In this document: positions 38,641 through 50,794 of the stretch, one piece after another | Layout of the letters: each line of letters starts with the position of its first letter | How positions within the stretch are numbered: the stretch's first letter is position 1 | Source of the DNA: Fistulifera solaris | Taxonomy: Eukaryota | Direction: 5' to 3' | Length of the DNA: 64,000 nucleotides | NCBI GenBank assembly: GCA_030295235.1 | Contig: AP026169.1 | Coordinates: forward strand, 682,001-746,000 | The notes under the pieces: model-generated | What the model saw: the letters and a program-made list of their open reading frames with translations, nothing else | Databases searched by the model: none | What the model was told of the DNA's origin: nothing | Translations under genes and position numbers: made by a program

Positions 38641-40801
38641 ATGTTAAGAATGACCTTATTCTCACTATATAGAGGTTTTGTGGTCTTGGTGCTGTTACTT
38701 GAGGCTGACGCTTTTTCTCTCGGCACAAGCTATGCCAAAATAAAAGCAGCTCCCCTCGCGAGGAATCTCGTCCTTGCGAGTAGGAACAGTCGAACGGCAT
38801 CATCCTACGCGTCACTCTCCAGCGTATCCGAATCGACAACGGAAAATAATGACGACTTAGACGGAGAAGTCAGCAAAGTTGAATCAAAGGCAACAATACA
38901 ACCAGAATCCGCTAGTGCCAAATTGCGGCGACTCAAAGATCTCATGTGGGTCCGTGAGACGCTCGAGGATATGACAGCGGCCGAATTCGCCATTAGCGTC
39001 GAAACACTGGCAAGTGATCCCAAGCGCAAGCGTAAACGAGCGGTGGATTATGAAAAACTGATTGGGCAACTCAATAAACGTATCCGCGATTTGGGCTGTG
39101 AAGGACCCGATGTTAGCGGTAAACCGGAAGAAGAAACAGAATCATCCTCGTTGTTGAGTTGTGCTTTACAGCCTGGTGTGGGCATGGGTAGTGTCGTTTA
39201 TACGGATAGCGAGCGTACCGCGTTGTTGGAGCGGATTGTGCGAACTCGGCAGTCGTTGCTGAATGTCGTACGAGACAACGAACTAGATGTCGAATCGAGT
39301 GACATCGACCTGCCGTTTGCCATTTCGTTGTTACCCGAAGTGGTGCGCGAAAAGTTACCCTCAGGATCCAAATCAACAAAAAGAAGGCTCGGATAAGGCT
39401 ACTACGACGACTACAGAAACCAACGCTCGTGAAAAAGATAGCAAAACCAATGATCCCAATCTCTATGTCCGTGACGACGGTACTGTTGACTGGGACGGTG
39501 CTCTACAAGACCAGGCTGCTTTACGTAAATTTGGAAAAGCCGTCTGGGCTCGTATTAATGGAAGAGATCCTGATCTGGCTATGGACGACGAAACCGACGG
39601 AAGTGGCAACGCGAACCATCACCAATCTCATGCACCAGCCAAAGTTGTGACAGCGCAGATTGAAGAGACACCACAAATTGCAAAAGCCCGCAAGCGTTTG
39701 AATGAACTTCAGAGTGAACTCAGCAAAGTAGAAGCCGAGCACATGGCTTTGTTAAATTCTGCCTTGAGTGCGGGGCAAGCCGTCGCTAACATTCGTCTTG
39801 CGTCTCTGGACCCACAACAACGAAACAAAATTCGATCATCCGCCTTGTCTATCGAGATTCTGAAAGAAAAGGTGGCGTTTCAGTCTCTCATCTATGATTT
39901 GGAGCGAATCTACACATATTTGCTGGGTGAACTAGGCAACACAGCGCTGAAAGGTTACATCCCACTTCAAGACCGTCTGAATGTCGCTGAATTTGGACTG
40001 CTTGCGGGGCAAATAGATAGTCTCAGTCGACAACTGGAAGCCGAAGAAAAGGTGGACGCTGATGTGCTACTGGTTGTAACGGATCAAGTAACTGATTTTA
40101 AGCGGCGACTGGGCATCGATTATCTTGTGACCGGTTTTTCTCTTGACGGAGAAAGTATAAAACGCTGGTCCATTGATCTCCTGGACAAAACAAAGAAAGG
40201 ATTGGCTTTCTATGTCAAAGGAGTGCGGCTTTTCTGGAATGATAATGTCTATTGCTTACGATTAATTAACCGCGCGGTGCAAGGCTACACATTGGAGCCA
40301 CGAGAGGTTCGCACCCTCAGGTAAGTCAAAGCCTAAAAGAACGTGGGTTTTGAAAGTCGTAACTTAAAGTTCGATTCCTGTCACAGACGAACTTTCAAGG
40401 ATATCATTACGTTCATTCCTTTCGTGATCATTTTAATCATTCCTCTGTCACCTATAGGACACGTCTTGGTGTTTGGAGCAATCCAGCGATTCTTCCCAGA
40501 TTTCTTTCCAAGCTGTTTTACCGAGCAACGCCAAAATCTCTTACAGCTGTACGAGACAGCCGAATACAGTGAAATGACAATAAATGAAAATCTAAGGGTA
40601 AGTGAACGCAGTCGCTGCCAATATGATTCGTCGTTGGCATCTCACTTTTCCGTTTGTATCTGAAAGGAAAAGCTATCTCGCCTTTTAGAAGCGTTTGTGT
40701 TTGCTATTGCGAACATGTCAAAAACGATTTATGTTTCAATGATTGGTCTGGCACAACGTGAACAGAACACAGATTCGACAAATAAATCAGAGGAAAAATA
40801 G
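38641..40801 (+). CDS. LETM1-like protein with plastid-type presequence
   Basis: Signal ...LLLEADA-FSL; LETM1-like core KGVRLFWND...[57 protein letters not shown]; two introns near 40321 and 40598; frame break at an A-run near 39380. Confidence 0.8.
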
Positions 40802-41467
40802 GTACTAAATTAAACGCATATTGATTACACCAGTGCTTAAAGCTTGAACAGTGGCTTGGAGGCGGAAGATGGCCACTTTCTAACCTGCTTACCATCAGAT
40901 CAACCCTGTGTCTTGCATTATGGCGGCAGACGACAGAATAGAGGTCTAATTCAATTTAAATAGGTTCTTTCTTTGTTGGTGAACGATTCTGTCCTTGTCC
41001 TCAAAGGAAAAGACACGAGGGACGAGGGACAATTGATCTAGCCTACTCCTCATGTTGGACTTATGGGAATATTTTAGCCTCATAGCTCGAAGGCGTTGGG
41101 CGGTTCCTTATGGTCCAAGTAGAAGAGAGGGTATAGCTAATCAAAGTTTGACATTAGACTGGAAAGTACCAAGGTACCGGTCACGTGGAGCAGTGTCAAT
41201 AATTAGGAAGAAGAGGCGTACTGGTACATGATGACAGTACAAGTGCGTCGAATTTTGGTGCCGATCGTCACTAATTCTTCTCGAATAATGCAGTTGATTT
41301 TCCGGCGCATGAGGTTTGCTTCACATGGTCACATAAATCTCAAGCTACGAAGTTCACCATAAGTTCCGTGATGTGGACGAAGATCTTCAAAAAGCGGGCG
41401 ACGTTTCATCATTCTTTCACTCATAACTCCAACCGCCCCAATCGTTTCATTTGCATTGTGAGGAACG

Positions 41468-42235
41468 ATGGACTTGTGCTACAAATCGGCCGTTACGTTC
41501 AACAACATGGGCGTGCGAATGTTGGAGAGCGGGTTGTATCAGCATGCATACTTGACGTTCAGGGCATCTACCGTTTGCATGAAACGATTCATAAATCTTA
41601 ATCAAACAATCATTTTTGACCATGAGGAAGAAGTTCGTTTCGCTGCAAAAGTACATCATGACCTTCAACGTGCCAGAGAAAGGCTGTCGAAAAGTGATCA
41701 CTTATCAACGCCAGAGCTCGCCGTCGATTCCATTTCATACGATGGTCCATACCATCATACATCCATGATGACAGCTCTGTGGAGAACCAAACATACCCCA
41801 ACGTGCATTCGTATCAGCTCTTTTCACACCTTCCCCGATTGTCAGAACGACCATGAGCTCGAACCAGCTATCATACTTTACAATTTTGGAATTTCTCATT
41901 TTTGCTTATCTTCACAAAAGAAAAATGAAAAGACTTTACCTGAATGGCAATGCTCTTTCGATTTATTTGAAATGTCATACGAGATGGTGGCAGGGGAAAA
42001 CACGGGGTTTTGGGACTTTCGATCGATTTGCTCGGAAAGCCTTCCCTTTGCTCTCACCCGAGCCTTGCTTGGAGCCCATTCGTTACGAAGTATGGCAAAC
42101 GTGCTAGAGCTCACGGGAAATCTCCACGGCGCCGCCAAGACGAAGACAGCTCTTCAGAAGATTTTAATGGTTGTTGACGAGTTAGAAGAGACTTCCGAAT
42201 CAAGTGTTGATTTGATAGCCGCATCCGCAGCATAA
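41468..42235 (+). CDS. Hypothetical helical (TPR-like) protein
   Basis: 255-aa ORF with AVTFNNMGVRMLESGLYQHA and AIILYNFGISHF TPR-like segments. Confidence 0.65.
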   Translation: MDLCYKSAVTFNNMGVRMLESGLYQHAYLTFRASTVCMKRFINLNQTIIFDHEEEVRFAAKVHHDLQRARERLSKSDHLSTPELAVDSISYDGPYHHTSMMTALWRTKHTPTCIRISSFHTFPDCQNDHELEPAIILYNFGISHFCLSSQKKNEKTLPEWQCSFDLFEMSYEMVAGENTGFWDFRSICSESLPFALTRALLGAHSLRSMANVLELTGNLHGAAKTKTALQKILMVVDELEETSESSVDLIAASAA

Positions 42236-42268
42236 CACTTATGCTAAAGTAAAAAAGGCTTATTTTGA

Positions 42269-42965
42269 TTACTTGAGTTCGCAAATTTCAATGACGGTGC
42301 TCAAACTATCTCTTGCATCGATCACGTTTTTCTTTGCCCGCTCAATGAATAATTCCACTCGGTCTTTGCCTCCACCGGGGTTCGCTTCACCCCAACTCGA
42401 CACATAGGCCATGTTGCTGGCTTCTTCGGAAGCCTCGCTGAATTTTTCGATAGCTTCGATGTAATCGGATTCTCGACTGGCCGGAACAAGCCTCTCTAGC
42501 CGTCTCATAGTCTTATCTGCTTTGAAAAGAGGATCCTTTATACTCTTAAAACCCATGTAATCCATGACTTTCATCGGATTTCGTTCACATCCTTTCGTCC
42601 CCGTGTAAGGATTGTCATTGGCTCCGCAGATTGTTGTTTCATCTACCCAGTTATCGAGAAGGTACGTTAGCCTTGTCTGTGGAGTTCGCAAAGAAATGTG
42701 AGCGGTGTGTCGAGGAAGTATGTTCATCCACGCTGTCTACTTCACTTACATAGCCTTTTAAAATATTCTGCTTATCAATTTCCTCTTGATCGGCTTTTGC
42801 GACTGCTGCTTGCGATCGCAAAAGAGCACTCGAGCTACCCAGAGCGCTGGCAACGGTTGCACCGAAACTTCGACGGCTCAACGTCGGGGACTGACTTTGA
42901 CTCCTCGGCGAAATCGAATAGGCCGTCGCATACGCCAAAAGTAAATACACCAATATTGCCTTCAT
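42269..42965 (-). CDS. Putative thylakoid-lumen protein (Tat substrate)
   Basis: Tripartite presequence: signal MKAILVYLLLAYATA-Y, twin-Arg SRRSF, hydrophobic stretch, AVA cleavage site. Intron near 42678-42749. Helical mature part containing AYVSSWGEANPGGG. Confidence 0.75.
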
Positions 42966-43436
42966 GTTCAGCAGCACCTATCAAATATACAACTCGGCTT
43001 CTGCTAATTTCAAATTCCAACGTTGTCAAGAGGTGAATAATGATTACGACGTAGAAACCTGGTACCGGTACCGGTACTGAGTACAAAGTACTGACTCAAT
43101 GTTTTGCGTGCAAAAGAAATCTCGAGTCTCTTTGTTTTCAACAAAACGCGCGGCGGCTTCGTAATTCCTAATGAACCATAACTGCATCCCTATCCGTAAT
43201 TAGAATATAGCCTGTAACCTTACCGAAGGTCCTTCTTTTCGGGTTATGGTTGGGGAAATTTAGGAGATCGGAGATAGCGCCATTGTACGCAATCTGAAAG
43301 GTTTAGTATAATTGAGACGGAAATAAAAGAAGTAGCTCAACATCATCTCTAAGACTCTATCCACTAGGCTTGTAAGCAATGAACTACCATGGAGAATATG
43401 AGTGATCTATAGGTTTTAGAGTCAAAAGCGGGATGA

Positions 43437-43530
43437 TTTCCAAATCCCCCCTTTGTGTAAAAGAGGACCCCAAATCCCCTCTCATACAGTGCATTTTTCA
43501 CGGGTGTGAAGCCAAGGGGGGATTTGGAAA
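43437..43530. repeat. Perfect 17-bp inverted repeat pair
   Basis: tttccaaatcccccctt (43437-43453) and aaggggggatttggaaa (43514-43530). Confidence 0.85.
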
Positions 43531-44222
43531 CATTCCTGTTAAAAGCCTTAGCTGTTGATCGATTTACGCCACGACTGGAAGTCAGTCGTAAGCTCTGCAC
43601 AAACTTCGTCGAACGGCCAAAAATGTCTCCATTTCGTCGAACGAACCGACAAAAATAAATTTCGCAGTGATTGTTTGAAACAAGTTGTCCTAGTTTACAT
43701 TGCCGAGAAAGAGCCGTTCGAGTCATTTTCGGTTTTTACTGTTAAGAGCCAAGGATTGACGATGATGGCCTCCTAAGAAAATCCTTCTAACGGTAAATAA
43801 GGAGAGGCATAAAACGCACATCGGAAAGTCTTCTGATTTCAGGTTTCAACTGACAGGACCGACGAGATTCGGCCAGGATAGTTTCCCTTTTGTACAACGG
43901 GTACGGTACTCTCGAAATCCTGCATGCAACGAAAATAGTGAGACGCCTTTCTATAAGTCTTTGCTTATCCGTTGTACTGCTGTTCATATTTATGAGACTA
44001 AGATCAACGAAACCTACTCGTAGTTTTCACATGGATGGGATCTTTGCCATCCGACTCGGAACTTTTATGCCGAAGATACGGCACAATTTGGAGATCGATT
44101 AAATGCAAAACAAACGGTTTCAAGTGAGAAACATCTATTCCGAGTTGCAAGATCAATATAAGATAATCTATATCATTCTTCCTAGCACCCTTGAAACACA
44201 CTTCTTTTCGCCCATAAACATC

Positions 44223-44853
44223 ATGTTGTTCAGGGAGGAAGACAGTTTGTGGATGGACTTGTCGATTAGCGATGAACCATCGTCAGCCTCAGAAGACAAA
44301 GTTGCGCCCGGTACCGTCGTTTTACCCCACGATCTTGCTCTCGAATCGCAACAAATTGATTTGACTCCGATCACATCTACCATGCCCCACCTCGATGAGC
44401 GAGATCTATTCCTCATTTCCGATGCCGATACTATAGGCAGCAGTTCCGAATGCTGGACTCAGGATGAGTCCGATTCAGAAGGACCGAGCAAGAGGTTTAA
44501 AGGGAGCGATGTTCTCATTTCACCAATCTCGGTTTGTACACTGGCTCAGTCATATTCGAGTATCCCTCTTGCTTTTCCGCAAGCATGCTCAGACCCAAAG
44601 AACGCGACACGGCGCTACTACAATCAATTGGCTCTTCTCACTCACCGAATGCGACAGAGTGAAGAATCGCGTCAAAAAGTTGCCGAATATCGACAAAGGC
44701 TTGCTCATGTTTACGAATCCGTCAAAAGTCCAGAGGCATCTCTATTCACATCGTCAAAAAAAAGCTTCGGCGTACCATCAGTCAAGGTTGGCCTTGCTAG
44801 CTTCGCTTTCGCAAGTTATGAACGAGTCATCGGCATCCCCATTTGTCGCGTAG
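44223..44853 (+). CDS. Hypothetical protein
   Basis: ORF with acidic/Ser-rich N-half and QLALLTHRMRQSEESRQKV helix. The C-terminus probably shifts frame at the A-run near 44756; otherwise it ends at 44912. Confidence 0.55.
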
Positions 44854-44976
44854 CTTTTATGATCTCATCACCACAAGATCAAAATTTTCTCCGGCGACAG
44901 ATTTTTGAATGACAAGAACCATTATTCTAGAAACTAACCTAACCATGTAGCCATCCAATATTGTCGTTTCCACTAA

Positions 44977-46272
44977 TCAATTGATTTTGTTCTTTGTTGT
45001 ATTTGATCGCACGTTGCATGTGCTTAAAAGCGCACCCAGCAAATTGACATTGGCCCCGAAAAAGATTACGGACGCGCACCACACAAGCCGGTGTACGGCC
45101 CATCCTTGCATTTCGAGCAAGTAAGCCGATAACAACCAGAAAACGACCGAAGTTAGCAAAAGCGCGACTGCTTTGACAACGCGGCGGCTTGCAAAGTCAA
45201 AAGAGCACAGTGGCAGCAAGCAAAGATACCAGGTAAAATACTGAGCGGTGATCACTTTGTTGTGCGCGACAAACAAGAATGTTTGCACAAAAGAGCGAGA
45301 CTGAGGTCCAGCGGTGCTATACCGAGACTGGTGTAGACTAGCAACACCAATTGTGGAAGGAGCAATAGGCGCCCCGCCCAAGCCATATTCAAAACCGGGT
45401 CATTTCGTGCAAGATAGATCCAATACCAGTGCATAGAATAATTATGACGATGATCGACCCGCGAAAAGTGATACAACAGACCTTCTTGCAGCGCAATAGG
45501 TCCGTACATCGCCACTGCCAGCATAGTCAGTCCGACAAAGGTAGCGAGAAAAGAAAAAAGCAAATATGATTGGCGAGGGTTGCAAGAGGCGCTTCGTCCA
45601 TGTTTTCAACAAATCAGACAACCGTCGGACTGACGACTGATTTGCTCGTTTGTCGTGATTATTTGATGTCTCTTCTACCTTGGCAAACGTACACATGAAG
45701 GATAACGAATATATAATGGGATAGAGCTTGGCATGAACAGCAATCCCGTGACAGATTCCTCCCAGTAAAGCCGCCCAAGTGGATTGGTTGTAGTTCGTCG
45801 CTATCCAAACGGTGGACAATACGGGTAACAACACAATGAGACTCTCCGCCGAACCTCTTGTGCAGATATTAATGGCTAGAGGATTGTAAAGCCACCAAAG
45901 GGCGTCGGTGAGTGACGAAGATTTATCCGCTATTCTCCGTTGCTTGCGGAATTGAACAATGAGCCAGCCACAAAGTGTATCCGCGATACAAAACAAATAC
46001 CGTCCGTAGTGCAAATTCGGTAACCACGCGAGCAGGGCCGCTAAAAAGGGCGTATAGCGGTATGTTGCGCGAGTGAATGGATTTTGACCCTGTTGTATAT
46101 AAGCAGCCGCATCCGTAAAAACGTAAAAATCAATATCAGTATACGCCACACCCGGAATGAAGCGTTCATTGTCGAGAAGCCACGGAAGAAACCACGCCAA
46201 AAACAATCGAAGAGTCAGACCTAGTATTACGGCATGTTCTGTAGCGAGAAAGCGTAATCTTGTTATTTTCAT
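44977..46272 (-). CDS. PIGM: GPI mannosyltransferase I
   Basis: YTDIDFYVFTDAA (DxD), PFTRATYRYTPFLA, WLYNPLAINICTRGSAES, HAKLYPIIY, YHFSRVDHRHNYS, QTFLFVAHNKVITAQYFTWY. Two frame breaks. Confidence 0.93.
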
Positions 46273-46879
46273 TTTGTGTACCAGTATTCGTTGTTTACCA
46301 GGTATGGTTTTTTTGCCCCAAAATTGCGTCGATACTTTGTAGAGAGTAGAGCAATAACCAACAACGAACGAATGAATCATCATCATCATCATCATCTACA
46401 TCCGGGTACTCCTGCGTTGATAGATTTCCCTACCAATGCTACGTAATGATGCATTTAAAACATTCGCAACAAAGCATCTGTTGTCATTTTTTTCATGTTT
46501 GGCATTTCCAATTGCTGTCGAATTACAGTTTAACTTGTACAATGTTGGGGGAGAAAGTAAAAGTGTAGTGTGTCTATTATTCTTGCTAAAAATGGAAACC
46601 AAGAAGACGGGTTTAATGGAGGAACAACGAAAAGACTTTCGTACAGTGGTTTAAGGTTAAGGGATGATCTTTCGTTCCTCGCCGTTTGGTTGCATCGTCG
46701 CGGGCACCGCTTTTTTTTTTTTTTCGTGCGAAAATAATTATTCGAAGCGTTGCGTTTTGCGTTTTGTATACGGCATGAAGAATACCTTGTGTTCGTAACT
46801 ACTAACTTTGCTTGTCAAAGTACCGGGTACCGGTACCATCCCCTCGACGTACAACGAGAAAAAAAAACGAAAAAGTGTC

Positions 46880-48799
46880 ATGAAGAGTGAGCAGCAACGC
46901 AAAGTGAAAAACAAAACCGACGAGAAGCGAAGACCGGACGATGAGGAGTCGTCGTCCTCGTCGGCCATGGCTTCGACAACAACACTACCAACAGATCCTT
47001 GGATCACGGCACTTCCCAATAGAACCAAGACATTCTCTACCGACACGGCGGATGGACTCGAAGCTTTACACGAGTTTGGTGGTGAATCATCCACTTTGGT
47101 GCTCAGCAGTGCGAGGAGTCAACCGACCCCGTCGGTTACTCCTCCACGCAAGGAAGTGTTATTGCTCGCAGCACGTCGCGATCGCTTGCAGTGGATTCAA
47201 GAGGCGCCTTTGCCTTACCGGAAAGAACGAAATCAAAAAGATCCTTGGGAACAGAATGACGTGCTTTTTTTACTGAAACAGTGTCATGCGGTTTCACAGG
47301 TGCCAACGGCGATTGCCGCGTTGGAACAATTGTACAACATTGCGAACGGAGGAGAATCCGTGGTAACGATTGCTCAACGCATTCAATCATTAGTAACGAA
47401 AGAGGATCAGACTTTGGCGCTTCCTTCGGGTTTCGAAGTGCTGGCACAAGAATTGGTAGCAAAAGAGGATGACGCGGTTGTCATGGCGTATCACAACTTT
47501 TTAACACACTTACAAGACCCGTCGTGTGCCATGCTCGTGCAAGGTATACGGAGATTTTGTCGAACGATTCAAGATACCAAGGATAGTGCGTCTTTGGCGA
47601 AACAATTGACTTCTTTTGTGGATACTACTTACAATTCCATACAATCACATATTGCCTGGAAAGGCGAAGATTTAAAACAAAGTCAAGTGAGACGGTCTTT
47701 GGAGTCGTGTATCTATGCGCATTGCTTTGCGCACACGGGTTCAGTCATGTGGAACGCAGAAGCACAGAAAGCAGATGATATGTTTCTAATGAAGCTGGAG
47801 TCGTTGCAGTTCATTACGCCGCAGAACTTGGAAATCGCTTGTTTAGAAGATATTGCCAGTGCTACCTCCGACTTGGCGGATTTCTTGAAAGGGCCGGTCG
47901 AGGCACTCCGAGCCATCGACTTGTACTACTCTCCATACGAAAAACTAGACCGTGTTTTGACTATGTATCGGGGTGTCAATGGCGCGTTGTCGCGAGCTTT
48001 AAATTACCACAAATCCAGTCATGATGGAAGCACACCGCTGAAGTTGCCCAGCGCCGATGATGTCCTGCCAACCATGATACTTGCTATACTTCAAGCCAAA
48101 CCGAAACGATTGCTTCTGAATTTGACGGTCATGGAGGAATGGAGCCCGCCCGAGTACATTCGAGGAGAAGCAGGATATGCATACACCAACTTATACGGCG
48201 CAGTGCAATTTCTGAAAGATATTGATTTAGAGAAAGAACCCAAAAGTCTTCAAATTGGTTCGGACGAGCTCAGAATGGGTATCGAGTCCTGTCGAGAAGC
48301 GGTGAAACAGAAACTGGAGGTAAATGATGCAGTATCTGTTGATCCTGTTTCATCCGTCAGTCCACCAGTCCCCCCTCGCCTCACACCAAATGAGGTTCGT
48401 AATGCTCGACAAAATGGCGAAACAATCGATTTGGAGTGGGCCCTGCAAGTAATTGGACAACGAAATTCTAATGCCGCTGTCCGCTCCTCGATCGGATCTA
48501 AATCTCGATCAGCTTTCGACGAAGCAACAGAGGGATTGCCTTCAAACTTTAGTCGAAAGTACTCTTTCTTGACAGCGTGTCCCGATGGTATCAAGGTATC
48601 TGACATTTCCATGCTCTTGGAAGAATACCGGGTCCTGGTGCAGACTGTGGAGCGTTTGATCGGTGCAAGAGCGGCGGGTATCAAAGCAGCCCGGAAAGCT
48701 ACTGCAGTGGCAGCAGAGATGGACTTGCTTGCCAGAATCCGGGAAGTGGACCCGATCCTACTTCCAGGTACCGACAAGCAACGCAACGAATCATTTTGA
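46880..48799 (+). CDS. VPS9-domain Rab5 guanine-nucleotide exchange factor
   Basis: SPYEKL, PSADDVLP, GEAGYAYTNLYGAVQFL; C-terminal ISMLLEEYRVLV. Confidence 0.88.
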   Translation: MKSEQQRKVKNKTDEKRRPDDEESSSSSAMASTTTLPTDPWITALPNRTKTFSTDTADGLEALHEFGGESSTLVLSSARSQPTPSVTPPRKEVLLLAARRDRLQWIQEAPLPYRKERNQKDPWEQNDVLFLLKQCHAVSQVPTAIAALEQLYNIANGGESVVTIAQRIQSLVTKEDQTLALPSGFEVLAQELVAKEDDAVVMAYHNFLTHLQDPSCAMLVQGIRRFCRTIQDTKDSASLAKQLTSFVDTTYNSIQSHIAWKGEDLKQSQVRRSLESCIYAHCFAHTGSVMWNAEAQKADDMFLMKLESLQFITPQNLEIACLEDIASATSDLADFLKGPVEALRAIDLYYSPYEKLDRVLTMYRGVNGALSRALNYHKSSHDGSTPLKLPSADDVLPTMILAILQAKPKRLLLNLTVMEEWSPPEYIRGEAGYAYTNLYGAVQFLKDIDLEKEPKSLQIGSDELRMGIESCREAVKQKLEVNDAVSVDPVSSVSPPVPPRLTPNEVRNARQNGETIDLEWALQVIGQRNSNAAVRSSIGSKSRSAFDEATEGLPSNFSRKYSFLTACPDGIKVSDISMLLEEYRVLVQTVERLIGARAAGIKAARKATAVAAEMDLLARIREVDPILLPGTDKQRNESF

Positions 48800-49987
48800 G
48801 AATGCATGCATTACTTTATTCGAAAACTGGACCATGTCTTTGAGCGTGTGAATCCGCCATTGCTTAGTATGCTCGCCATCAATCCTTAACCGGAAGACGC
48901 ATTGATGCACGATCGCGATCGTTAACAAGAAAACAACCCAACAACTGGAGACGCTCGGCCATAATTTTTTAGATACACCTTTCCGCTTTTATTGTTCATT
49001 TGTTAATTGTTGTTAATCTCTTTGAGCAGTTAGCCGTAAGCCGTAAGCCGTGACCCTATTTGTGACTGTTGCGGTGATAGACATTACCAATTACCAATTA
49101 GTCTCTGGGAGATAGATAACAGACAACAGATGTTTTCGACTTCGCAAGTCGCAAGTCACAAAGTCACAATTACAAGACCAAGTTGTTATGGAGTACTGGT
49201 ATGGACTAAAAGTTTATTCGCCTTTTGTCCTTCAAGATTCAAAAATCAAAAGTCTCATTTCTAAGAGAATCTTAGACATAATATTCTACTTCGTGTTTCA
49301 TGTCTGAACACTGAACACTACCTGGTAATCAAAATCAAAAATCAAAACATAGGCGAATCGTGGTACGCACGGTACCACCTTAGCTAATGGTTAGACCGAA
49401 CATATTCTCCTACAATGGTCACTCTACGTAGTATTTAGAAGGTTGTAGTTGGTAGTTGATCAAAGGTCATAGGTCCTTTCATATTAAAATTTTTGTCGCT
49501 CTTTACTCTTAATCTTAAATCTTAGATCACTGGTAAAAACCAACTTTCCCATGTAAATTAATCAGATGTTGTATCCTCGATTTAGTAGACGTCATTACAT
49601 AAGATACTACGTACCAATACTTTGTATTTCGATAAAATAATACAATGTACCTGGTACGGAGTACTCGGAGTAAATGCTTTAATACCTGGTATAACCGAAC
49701 CCGCCCAAGGCAGACCCCTGGCTGGCCGCTAACCCCTAACAAATAAGAAATAAGTATCCAGACACGTACCAGATACATGGAACCCAGCGTGGCGATTTTC
49801 AATCGGCCATCGACCAGAACTTCCAGGTTTGAAGCCCTACCAGGTACTACCAGCTAGCTACCAGTACCAGGTACCAGGTAACGTGGGAGCATTGAGCCAT
49901 CAGCTGCGAAACAGTCAACGGCGCTCACAAAACATCAAGTTGATCACAGTGCTGCTAATAGCTTCATTGTTCGCAGCATCAAATACG

Positions 49988-50563
49988 ATGACGAACCATC
50001 CTGAAGTTCTCAGCTCAACGTCATTGTTAAAAGTGATCGCATGCTGGGAGCAATCCAAGAGTCGGGGAGGATTTGATGAGACGATTGGCATTGAGTTGAT
50101 GCTCACCCTTTTCGAGATGAATCCCCAAGCCAGATCACAATTTGGGTTCCGAACTGACCAGGTCATTGATAAGAACAATGGTTTGCAGCGTATGGGAATC
50201 CTGATTCATGGGCAGCGCTTCATTCGAACTCTTGATTGTCTGTTTTCCTTGTTGGGACCAGACGACGATAATTTGGAGGAAGTTTTGAGAGATTTTAACA
50301 AAGAAAGCTGCCAGGACGGGATGCCGCTCCCCCAATTTCTTTTACTGCTCGGCATCTTAGTGAAAGTGATGGCTCATACTTTGGGTGGAGATTGGACGGA
50401 TGAAGTACAGTTCTGTTGGATGGAAGTGATAACTCATTTGGAAGTCATCGTTACCAACATTGTGGCAAAGTCGGCAATTCAGAAGACTTCTGTGACGAAG
50501 AATCCTCTCAAACCTGTTTTGCCGACAGCACGTGAACCCAACCGAAGGTTTATTGATGTATAA
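49988..50563 (+). CDS. 3/3 globin-fold protein (neuroglobin-like), atypical
   Basis: VIACWE (A helix), LFEMNPQARSQFGF (C2 Pro/CD1 Phe), IHGQRF (E7 His), LGPD..LEEVL, LGGDWTDEVQFCW. Confidence 0.82.
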   Translation: MTNHPEVLSSTSLLKVIACWEQSKSRGGFDETIGIELMLTLFEMNPQARSQFGFRTDQVIDKNNGLQRMGILIHGQRFIRTLDCLFSLLGPDDDNLEEVLRDFNKESCQDGMPLPQFLLLLGILVKVMAHTLGGDWTDEVQFCWMEVITHLEVIVTNIVAKSAIQKTSVTKNPLKPVLPTAREPNRRFIDV

Positions 50564-50794
50564 GAACGCGTTAATTGAGCAAAAAATTGTGTTTTCTTTC
50601 TTTGCCTTGGTGCCTTTTTTTTGGTGAAATCGGTGAAATCCGAAGAGACTAGTCACTCATGACTCATGACTCATGACTCGTGATTACCAAACGGCTGAAC
50701 GAACATCGCATCATCTATCTGCAAAAAAATGCGCGTTTCGCATTTGCTTGAAGGATCTACGCCAAAACGATTGTCATTGAAAACCACATCGAAA

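Noticed and set aside
46377..46395. (CAT)n tract giving a poly-Met start for PIG-M
   Set aside because: Simple trinucleotide microsatellite; homology begins near the ATG at 46272.
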